DNA of 64,000 nt from the NCBI GenBank assembly GCA_021812945.1, contig JAKAMI010000001.1, positions 3,637 to 67,636 of the forward strand, in the 5' to 3' direction. Positions 29,271 to 36,528 of the stretch are shown here, one piece after another. The translations under genes were made by a program, and so were the position numbers. The notes under the pieces were generated by a model. It did not search any database and was not told the origin of the DNA. It saw only the letters and a program-made list of their open reading frames with translations. The DNA is from a bacterium. Its GTDB lineage: Bacteria; Patescibacteriota; UBA1384; XYA2-FULL-43-10; JAKAMI01. Positions within the stretch are counted from its first letter, which is position 1, and every line of letters begins with the position of its first letter.

Positions 29271-30690
29271 ATTTGCCCCCCACCATTTCTTTAATTATTA
29301 GAACCACGGTTTTTAGAATTATCTTCATGTCAAACCACAAAGACCAGTTTTCGATGTAAAAGATGTCGTAGCGAACCCGCTCCTGGATAGAGGTGTCGCC
29401 CTTGAGCCCGTTGGCCTGCGCCCAGCCGGTCAGCCCGGACTTGACCCGATGGCGGCGGAAATACTCGGGGATCTCCTTTTGAAACTTTTCGACAAAAGCC
29501 GGCTGCTCCGGACGCGGCCCGACAAAGCTCATATCGCCTTTTAGAACATTGGCAAACTGGGGGATTTCGTCGATATTGGTTTTGCGCAAAAATCTGCCGA
29601 ACGGAGTGATCCGATTGTCGTTTTTCTCGGTCCAGAAACGGCCGTTTTTCTCGGCGTCTTTGTACATGGAGCGAAACTTGATCAAACGGAAAGTCTTACC
29701 GTCGCGACCGACTCTGTCGTGCGTGTAAAATATCGGGCCCTCCGAGGTCAATTTCGTCCCGATGATCGCAATAATGGAAAAAGGCAGACTGACAACCAAA
29801 CCCATAACCGAGATCACAATGTCAAAAACGCGTTTGGCGATGCGTCCCCAGCCATCTAGCGGGGTGCTTCGGATCTCCATCATCGGCAAACCAACCAGCT
29901 CTTTGATGTCGACGTGGGAGGTGATCATGAAAAAGGTGTTCGGAATGAACTTAAAATCGACGTTGTTGTCGGCGCAGACCAGTACCAATGCGTTAATTTG
30001 CGACTCGGGGATTGACATATCTGTCAGAATAACTTCATCGACCTGTCGGCTTTTGATAATACTTTCCAGGTCACCTATCTCGCCGATGATCTTGAGGCCG
30101 TTGTCGTCGTGATTTTTAGCCCCGTTTAAGACCCCGATGACTTTCATTCCCAAAGAAACTTTTTGGTTGGAAAGTGAAATGATTTTCTGAGTGCATTCGT
30201 TGGCGCCGATGCAAATGGTTCGTCGGACACCGATGTCATAGCGAAAAAGTAGGGTGCGGATTTGGTCGATGATTACCCGACCGAAGAATACTAAAATAAT
30301 GGAGAGGGCCCAGGTGTAAACTAAGATTAATCTTGAAAAAAAGCTGACCTTGCCTAAGAAAATATAGACGATGAGGAGTAAGATCGCGGCCGAGGAGGAG
30401 ATGAATATTTTGTAAAGTTTGTTCGGCAGGTTGCGCTGGCGGCTGACATTGTAAAGTCCGGCAAGAGCAAAAAAGACCAGCCAGACTGGCAAAAGGTAGA
30501 CACCCGACCACAAGTAATCCTTCAGAAGCACGTTGGTGTAGGCGGGAATAATGTCGGTTTTGACTCGCAGCTGGTAGGCCAGCAGGAACGAGAAAAAAAT
30601 GGCGGCGGCATCAACCGGCAAGTGCAAAAAAGAAAAGAAAAGTTCGCTTCTTTTCATGACTTTATAGTAGCAAAGAACACTGATCTTCAC
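29248..30690 (-). CDS. Polyprenyl-phosphate sugar phosphotransferase (WbaP/bacterial sugar transferase family)
   Basis: TM N-terminus, C-terminal sugar-transferase domain (KRVFDIVISVMGLVVSLP, RDGKTFRLIKFRSM, DEIPQFANVLKGDMSFVGPRPE). Confidence 0.88.
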   Translation of the reverse strand: MKISVLCYYKVMKRSELFFSFLHLPVDAAAIFFSFLLAYQLRVKTDIIPAYTNVLLKDYLWSGVYLLPVWLVFFALAGLYNVSRQRNLPNKLYKIFISSSAAILLLIVYIFLGKVSFFSRLILVYTWALSIILVFFGRVIIDQIRTLLFRYDIGVRRTICIGANECTQKIISLSNQKVSLGMKVIGVLNGAKNHDDNGLKIIGEIGDLESIIKSRQVDEVILTDMSIPESQINALVLVCADNNVDFKFIPNTFFMITSHVDIKELVGLPMMEIRSTPLDGWGRIAKRVFDIVISVMGLVVSLPFSIIAIIGTKLTSEGPIFYTHDRVGRDGKTFRLIKFRSMYKDAEKNGRFWTEKNDNRITPFGRFLRKTNIDEIPQFANVLKGDMSFVGPRPEQPAFVEKFQKEIPEYFRRHRVKSGLTGWAQANGLKGDTSIQERVRYDIFYIENWSLWFDMKIILKTVVLIIKEMVGGKYEYRHNS

Positions 30691-30807
30691 AATATGCCAC
30701 TAACACTTCCTCACAAAAGTACAAAAATACGGATAATTATCTGACAAGGCAATCATCGCCTTATATTACCCTGCACAAGTTACTCGCTTTTCTGTCACCT
30801 CGGTCTA

Positions 30808-30900
30808 ATTTCAGTCATCCTGAGCTTGCGAAGGATCTACCGAAGCGGATTTGTCCGGATGATGACAGTCTTTGCAAATGCCTTTAAAGACTGTCATCAT
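30808..30900. repeat. Degenerate MITE-hairpin copy (TCATCCTGAGCTTGCGAAGGATC) fused to a REP-like palindrome
   Basis: GTCATCCTGAGCTTGCGAAGGATCTACCGAAGCGGATTTGTCCGGATGATGACAGTCTTTGCAAATGCCTTTAAAGACTGTCATCAT in a divergent intergenic region. Confidence 0.7.
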
Positions 30901-30962
30901 CCTATAGAATTTTTCAAGCGGTTTTGGCAGAGTCGGACTTATTGTGATAATATAACCGTAAG

Positions 30963-31493
30963 ATGGTACAGATAATCTTTGAAGCTCACGGCACGACTTT
31001 TGACAACGAGGCTAAGCGAGCCTCGGGGCACTTTGATGTTGATTTGTCCCCCTTGGGCGAAAAACAAGCCGAGGAGCTCGGAGAACGACGGGGCGATGAT
31101 AACTTTGATGCTATCTTTTGCTCAGACCTGAAGCGCTCTTTTCACACTGCCGAAATCGCTTTCGATGGAAAGACCCCGATCTTTCGAGACGACCGGCTAC
31201 GGGAGTGCGATTATGGAGACATGACTCTGAAGTCGAGCGATATTGTTGAAAAAGAAAAAGGCCAAAGAATCTCAAAACCCTTCCCCGGAGGAGAAAGTTA
31301 CGAACAAACGACTGAAAGGATGAAAGAATTTCTGACCAGTCTAAAAAGACATTATACCGGTAAAAAAGTCCTCGTGATTGGCCATCGCGCCACCCAGTAC
31401 GCTCTGGAGAATCTGATAAACAAAGTGCCCCTGGAAAAAGCGGTCACTGCCCCTTGGTCCTGGCAGCCGGGCTGGGAGTACAAATTATCATAA
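30963..31493 (+). CDS. Histidine phosphatase (phosphoglycerate-mutase-like) family protein
   Basis: N-terminal IIFEAHGTTFDN (RHG-like motif with Arg replaced by Ala), later GHRATQYAL. Confidence 0.65.
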   Translation: MVQIIFEAHGTTFDNEAKRASGHFDVDLSPLGEKQAEELGERRGDDNFDAIFCSDLKRSFHTAEIAFDGKTPIFRDDRLRECDYGDMTLKSSDIVEKEKGQRISKPFPGGESYEQTTERMKEFLTSLKRHYTGKKVLVIGHRATQYALENLINKVPLEKAVTAPWSWQPGWEYKLS

Positions 31494-31549
31494 TTTAGAT
31501 CCGATTTAGACTCCGAATTTAGACCCCAAAAAACTTTTGAAGCTATATT

Positions 31550-31599
31550 ATAAAATATGACATTATTTTCGTCATGACGAAAATAATGTCATATTTTAT
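31550..31599. terminator. Perfect 24-bp-arm palindrome, likely terminator
   Basis: TAAAATATGACATTATTTTCGTCA|TGACGAAAATAATGTCATATTTTA, followed by a T-rich run. Confidence 0.5.
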
Positions 31600-31693
31600 T
31601 ATCAACGCTCATCTGGTGTCCGGTGAATAAATTCTTAAATAAATTCTGGGTTAAAGTGTTAAAATATGTTAGTATCGGCTTAAGGAGAAATAA

Positions 31694-33064
31694 ATGGCGA
31701 AATTAAAGTCAATAAATCCGGCAAATGGTGAAGTAAATGGGGAGGTGAAGATCTCGATATCAACTGAGATCACGTCCAAAGTCGCGGCGGCTAGAAAAGC
31801 TTACGCCACTTGGCGAGAAGTTGGGCTAAAAGATAGGCTAAAATTTATCAAATCTATCAGAAACGAAGTTGCCAAGAATAAATCTGAAATAGCCAAATTG
31901 ACCACCATGGAGATGGGAAAGCCGGTTTCAGAAGCCAGACCGAGCGTCGAGTCGAACCTGAGGGCAATCGACTGGCTGCTTGATAACAGCGAAAGGATAT
32001 TGAAACCCGAAACGACCATCTCCAGCCCGTCCGAAATCCACCAGATTTTTTACGAACCGCTAGGGGTGGTCGCGGCTATCGCTCCATGGAATTTTCCCTC
32101 CGGCAATATGTTTATTCCTGTGTTAACTAATCTAATTGTCGGCAACACGGTGGTTTTCAAACATTCCGAGCTTTGCCCGTTGACTGGAGAATATTTGGCC
32201 AAAATATTTACTAAAATACTGCCAAAGGGCGTATTCAACCTAGTTAACGGAGACGGCAAGGTCGGCGAAGAACTGGCAAACCAGGACGTCGATTTGATCT
32301 ATTTCACCGGAAGCCAACCGGTCGGTCATAAACTTTACGAAACTGCCGCCAAAAAGTTCATTCGGGCATTTCTAGAACTTGGCGGTTCGGCTCCAGGCGT
32401 GGTTTTCGCGGATGCAGATCTTGGGCAATTAACTAAAAGTATCTTTGACCAAAGGTTTCACAACAACGGGCAAGTTTGTACCTCACTCAAGCGGTTAATA
32501 GTGGAAAAGTCGATCGCCGACGATCTGATCGACCGACTTTCCAAAATGTTATCCGCAAAGAAGATTGGTGATCCCCTGAAGAAAGAGACTGATTTCGGCC
32601 CATTGGCCAGCGAAAAACAGGTCGGACGCGCCAAAGTTCAACTGGAAGACGCTTTGAGCAAAGGCGCAAAGATCGTGGCCAAATTGGAATTACCGGAAAA
32701 TCTAAAAGGCGCCTTTTTCGCGCCGGTGATTTTGAAAAATATTCGGAAAAATATGAAGGTCTGGACCGAGGAAGTTTTTGCCCCCATATTGCCGATGGTA
32801 ACATTTAATTCTGAAAAAGAAGCCTTGGAGCTTGCCAACGAGACGCCTTTTGGCCTCGGAGGTTATGTTTATTCTTCCGACAAGAAAAAAGCCGAGCGAG
32901 TTGCCAGACAGATAGTAACCGGCAACGTCAGCATCAACGGACCCGAGTACTATCGACATCAAAATCCTTTCGGCGGGGCCAAAATCTCCGGCATCGGCCG
33001 CCAAAACGGCTCTCTAGGACTCCATAATCTTTGCAATATCAAAGTCATCGCCCACAAAAGATAG
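31694..33064 (+). CDS. NAD(P)-dependent aldehyde dehydrogenase
   Basis: RBS TAAGGAG. ALDH motifs ELGGSAP, catalytic Cys in NNGQVCTSLKRL, EEVFAPILPMVTF. Confidence 0.88.
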   Translation: MAKLKSINPANGEVNGEVKISISTEITSKVAAARKAYATWREVGLKDRLKFIKSIRNEVAKNKSEIAKLTTMEMGKPVSEARPSVESNLRAIDWLLDNSERILKPETTISSPSEIHQIFYEPLGVVAAIAPWNFPSGNMFIPVLTNLIVGNTVVFKHSELCPLTGEYLAKIFTKILPKGVFNLVNGDGKVGEELANQDVDLIYFTGSQPVGHKLYETAAKKFIRAFLELGGSAPGVVFADADLGQLTKSIFDQRFHNNGQVCTSLKRLIVEKSIADDLIDRLSKMLSAKKIGDPLKKETDFGPLASEKQVGRAKVQLEDALSKGAKIVAKLELPENLKGAFFAPVILKNIRKNMKVWTEEVFAPILPMVTFNSEKEALELANETPFGLGGYVYSSDKKKAERVARQIVTGNVSINGPEYYRHQNPFGGAKISGIGRQNGSLGLHNLCNIKVIAHKR

Positions 33065-33066
33065 AA

Positions 33067-33804
33067 CTATTGCCACAAAGGGCAGATGGTGCGAAAGTCA
33101 CACCAGATGCACTTTGGATTCTTTTTCGGTTTGAACTCTTTGGTCTTCTGGATATTTTCCGCGATCCCAAGAACTTTTTCTCGGGTTTTTTTGAACTCGC
33201 CGCTTGAGCAGGCAACTTCAACGAAGCGATTGTCGTAAAGATAATAGTACGATTTCTGGTGAATCGGGATCTCGGGAAATTTGATGAAAGCCGCAAGCGC
33301 ATAGAGATCCAGCTGGAGCGGATCCGGTTCGTCTTCAATATATTTGCCGGTTTTGTAATCGATAATTTTGAGGCCCTTAGCCGAGGTATCAAACCGGTCA
33401 ATCTTCGCCCAAAGCTCTACTCCGCCCAAATCGGTTTTGATGTTTTCCTCAGTGGCTACATAAGGGACAATCTCTGACAGCGGACTCTCCAGAAAATTAG
33501 TAAACTCCCGACCGGCCGTCTGAGCGTACCCCGTTACTGTCTTTCGATCCTTGAAAACGGCGTCGTGCTTGGCCTTATTAGCCTTATATTTTTGCTTAAA
33601 CAAAGCAATCATTTTCTCTTTGGTGCGTTCGGATTTTTCGAGATTTTTATAATAATCGTTTAGCACCGCGTGCATGATCGAACCGAAAATCAAAGGCGGA
33701 GTATCCTGATGGTACTTGTTGTAGACGCTTTTGTCGATATACCAGGCATACTCCTGCGGACAGCGCAAAAACTTCTCGATTTTCGTAAAACTCAGCTGAA
33801 ACAT
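33067..33804 (-). CDS. PD-(D/E)XK nuclease with Cas4/AddB-type Fe-S cysteines
   Basis: N-terminal Cys (RCPQEY), D...IDYKTGK nuclease core, C-terminal CIWCDFRTIC. Confidence 0.6.
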   Translation of the reverse strand: MFQLSFTKIEKFLRCPQEYAWYIDKSVYNKYHQDTPPLIFGSIMHAVLNDYYKNLEKSERTKEKMIALFKQKYKANKAKHDAVFKDRKTVTGYAQTAGREFTNFLESPLSEIVPYVATEENIKTDLGGVELWAKIDRFDTSAKGLKIIDYKTGKYIEDEPDPLQLDLYALAAFIKFPEIPIHQKSYYYLYDNRFVEVACSSGEFKKTREKVLGIAENIQKTKEFKPKKNPKCIWCDFRTICPLWQ

Positions 33805-33817
33805 AATTGCACTCGTT

Positions 33818-33866
33818 TATGCCTAAAGACAGTCTTCACACGCCTAGCAAGACTGTCTTTAGGCAT
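33818..33866. repeat. REP palindrome flanking the RAYT gene (3' side)
   Basis: TATGCCTAAAGACAGTCTTCACACGCCTAGCAAGACTGTCTTTAGGCAT. Confidence 0.85.
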
Positions 33867-34435
33867 TAATCTACATCAAATACATCTGCAGGGAATATCT
33901 GACTGGCATTTTCCATCATTTCGAGAAATGTTCTTTTATTTAATCCCAAAGGGGCCAATAATTTACGATCGCAGTATCTATGTCGAGCGGTATTTGTATG
34001 CTCTCTATAGCTGGAGTACGGATAATCCTCAGGTTGCTTACAAAGATTTTCTTTCACCGGGTTTAGGTGTATGTAATCAACCAGATAATGAAGATATTCA
34101 TCGACAGTTACAATTTTTTGTTTGTACCGATCTTGGAATAAATGACCAATCGAATTATATTTCTTATTAAAAGATTTAGAATAGCTTGTGGTTAAAGGGG
34201 ACATAATTTTGCTTGGGGGATTTTCCAACAGTTGCTTTACCAGTAGATGAAAATGGTTAGGCATCAAACAGTATGCGATGATCGAAAAATCATATTTGTC
34301 GCAATTTTCTTTCAGTCGTTTTAGAAAATATAAATAATCGTAGAAGTCCACAAAAATGTTCCTCTTTTGATTCCCGCGATTGTATAGGTGGTACAGACAA
34401 TTCGGGGCGGATTCCTTATACTTAGAGACACCCAT
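33866..34435 (-). CDS. IS200/IS605-family HuH tyrosine transposase (REP-associated tyrosine transposase, RAYT-like)
   Basis: HuH motif CLMPNHFHLL, catalytic Tyr in GHLFQDRY, N-terminal YHLYNRGN. Flanked on both sides by inverted REP palindromes. Confidence 0.82.
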   Translation of the reverse strand: MGVSKYKESAPNCLYHLYNRGNQKRNIFVDFYDYLYFLKRLKENCDKYDFSIIAYCLMPNHFHLLVKQLLENPPSKIMSPLTTSYSKSFNKKYNSIGHLFQDRYKQKIVTVDEYLHYLVDYIHLNPVKENLCKQPEDYPYSSYREHTNTARHRYCDRKLLAPLGLNKRTFLEMMENASQIFPADVFDVD

Positions 34436-34505
34436 TTTGACCCTCCATATGTGTATATATGTGTATTATACCACTTATACCACCTGTATTCCAGATTGAC
34501 AGCTT

Positions 34506-34554
34506 TATGCCTAAAGACAGTCTTGCTAGGCGTGTGAAGACTGTCTTTAGGCGT
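34506..34554. repeat. REP palindrome flanking the RAYT gene (5' side, inverted orientation)
   Basis: TATGCCTAAAGACAGTCTTGCTAGGCGTGTGAAGACTGTCTTTAGGCGT. Confidence 0.85.
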
Positions 34555-34636
34555 GAATGGCATCGGGTGCGGATAAGAAAAATCCCTGCATTGCTGCGGG
34601 ATTTTTCTTTTGATCAAAAACAAAAATTAAATCAGA

Positions 34637-34780
34637 CTATTCGGCTTTGCCGATACGATACATTCCGGTCCCGCAGTCCGGGCAAACGCCCTTGGTGGCC
34701 GGTTTGCCGTTTTTCATTTTGATCTGCTGAGGATTCTGCATCTCTTTCTTCGAGCGGCACTTTACACAATAAGCTTGCAT
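34637..34780 (-). CDS. Small zinc-ribbon protein (47 aa), below the ORF-track length cutoff
   Basis: RBS GGAGGTG. Translation MQAYCVKCRSKKEMQNPQQIKMKNGKPATKGVCPDCGTGMYRIGKAE with CxxC...CxxC. Confidence 0.5.
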   Translation of the reverse strand: MQAYCVKCRSKKEMQNPQQIKMKNGKPATKGVCPDCGTGMYRIGKAE

Positions 34781-34869
34781 GTCTATCACCTCCTCTCGGG
34801 TGGATTTTGTCTAATGACGTTTAAACCTAAACGTACATTAACATTGTATTAGCCTCGAGCTAGCTTTGT

Positions 34870-35040
34870 CAAGAGCGTGGCGTCAAGTTATAAAGTTGAA
34901 AGTAGAAAGTAGAAAGTTATTGAATTAGTATTTATTCAGTCTAGTAATGGTATAATAGCTTTTTTAGACGTGATTTACTTTACGAACTTTATTAACTTTA
35001 CAACTTTATAAACTTTACAAACTTTATAATTTTAAGTAGA
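34870..35040. repeat. Iteron-like inverted arrays of TAAAGTT-type nonamers
   Basis: AGTTATAAAGTTGAAAGTAGAAAGTAGAAAGTTA ... TTTACTTTACGAACTTTATTAACTTTACAACTTTATAAACTTTACAAACTTTATAAT. Confidence 0.6.
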
Positions 35041-35092
35041 TCCTTCGACTCGTTGACTCGCTCAGGACGACAATAAATGTCGCTTTATGAAC

Positions 35093-35545
35093 TTATCCCC
35101 CGAAGCCGGAAAGTTGAGCCAATTGGCTTAAAGTCTGCGTCCCGGAGACTTTTTGACCGTTGATCGTCCAAGTGGGATAACCCTCGACTCCGGCCGCCGT
35201 GCATTTATCCGGTTGGGCATTTTCGCCTTTTGGATCGCATTCGACATAAGTGATGTATTGCATGGCATCCCCAAAAAGTTTCTTTTGGTCCTGGCAATGA
35301 GGGCACCAATACGCTCCGTAAAAAACCGCCCCTTTTGAGGTTAGAAACTTAGCCAGCGCTACCGGATCGATTCCCGAGGTATCGGTGCTGGCGCCTTTGA
35401 CTTTGCCGGAAGTTACGGATCCAGCGACAGTCGAGTTGGCGGCTTGGTTGTTGCCCGGATTGTTATTTTTATTCGCTTTGATTCCGATAATGACGATAGC
35501 GGCTACTACCACCACAAAAACCACCATAGGTAAAAACTTCTTCAT
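35093..35545 (-). CDS. Secreted thioredoxin-fold thiol-disulfide oxidoreductase (DsbA/VKOR-associated type)
   Basis: Start MKKFLPMVV with RBS GAGGAG. Signal/TM, then WCPHC active site. The ORF-track start at 35677 is an upstream extension. Confidence 0.7.
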   Translation of the reverse strand: MKKFLPMVVFVVVVAAIVIIGIKANKNNNPGNNQAANSTVAGSVTSGKVKGASTDTSGIDPVALAKFLTSKGAVFYGAYWCPHCQDQKKLFGDAMQYITYVECDPKGENAQPDKCTAAGVEGYPTWTINGQKVSGTQTLSQLAQLSGFGG

Positions 35546-35734
35546 CTGACTCCTCTGATTGTAACCGCTCACTGTATTGTCATTCTTAAACCTTAAGTCT
35601 TCCGAAAGATGAGAAATCTCCTGACCTGAAAATATTCTGCAGGGGATTTCTCGCTCGACATGACAGTAAGAGGTCACTTCTAATTTTAAATTGCCACCCC
35701 GCCGACTCTTAACCTCGCGCTGATAGCAAAAAGA

Positions 35735-36391
35735 TTATTTTATCCCTCCGGCGCGGCTATCCGGCTGATTTTCCTCATTTGCCAAAGCTTTACTCTCTCC
35801 GGAAAATTCGAAGAGGCCATTTTTTAAAACATATTTATCGACTAAGTAATTTTTGAGCGGATCATGGTCATAGTCTCTGTTATAGACTAAAATGTCAAGA
35901 CCGTTTTGATCTTGCTGGAAGTCAAATTTCGGTAAATCCGAGACGATACTCCCCGTAGTCGTGCCGTCTTTTTGAAATACCGCTCCCGCCATTCCGTTTG
36001 AGGTTACCTTGACCGCCTCCAGATTTCGCGAATGGGCGCCTACATCCCCTAAAAAAAACAGATAGTCCGTACCGTCAATCAAATAATGATCTTCCAGAGA
36101 GCAAATCTGTTCAAATCCGCTTAGCTCGAGACGCTCTTTCGCTCCGATCAGGTTATATTTCACCAATTCAAACGCGCGGTCTTTGGCATTTTTCTCTTTT
36201 GTCGAGAGGACAAATCTTGTCTTGAACCGATTGTCGTTTAGCTTCAAGTAGTAGGTATCTCGACCGATGGCACCCTTTTCCACCCCGAACGTATCGGCAA
36301 ATACCGAACCGTGGTCATAGATAAAATAAGCTATCACCAGGATCGGCACCATAATCAAACAGCAGATTAATAACTTTCTGGAGAGACTCAT
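35735..36391 (-). CDS. Hypothetical membrane-anchored protein
   Basis: N-terminal TM. No recognisable domain. Confidence 0.4.
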   Translation of the reverse strand: MSLSRKLLICCLIMVPILVIAYFIYDHGSVFADTFGVEKGAIGRDTYYLKLNDNRFKTRFVLSTKEKNAKDRAFELVKYNLIGAKERLELSGFEQICSLEDHYLIDGTDYLFFLGDVGAHSRNLEAVKVTSNGMAGAVFQKDGTTTGSIVSDLPKFDFQQDQNGLDILVYNRDYDHDPLKNYLVDKYVLKNGLFEFSGESKALANEENQPDSRAGGIK

Positions 36392-36528
36392 TATTTACCA
36401 CCGATCGGTAAGTTATAAAGTTCATAAAGTCGTAAAGTTTGTAAAGTTCGTGAAGTTGTAAGGTTCGTGAAGTGACACAACTTTCAACTTTATAACTTTT
36501 TACTTTATAACTTTACAAACTTTATAAC
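36392..36528. repeat. Iteron-like inverted arrays of GTAAAGTT/AACTTTAT nonamers
   Basis: CATAAAGTCGTAAAGTTTGTAAAGTTCGTGAAGTTGTAAGGTTCGTGAAGTG-ACACAAC-TTTCAACTTTATAACTTTTTACTTTATAACTTTACAAACTTTATAACT. Confidence 0.65.

Larger units (their letters stand above)
33818..34554 (-). mobile_element. REP-RAYT-REP unit
   Basis: Two copies of the 49-bp REP with reverse-complemented loops (CACACGCCTAGCA vs GCTAGGCGTGTGA) bracket the transposase gene. Confidence 0.75.
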
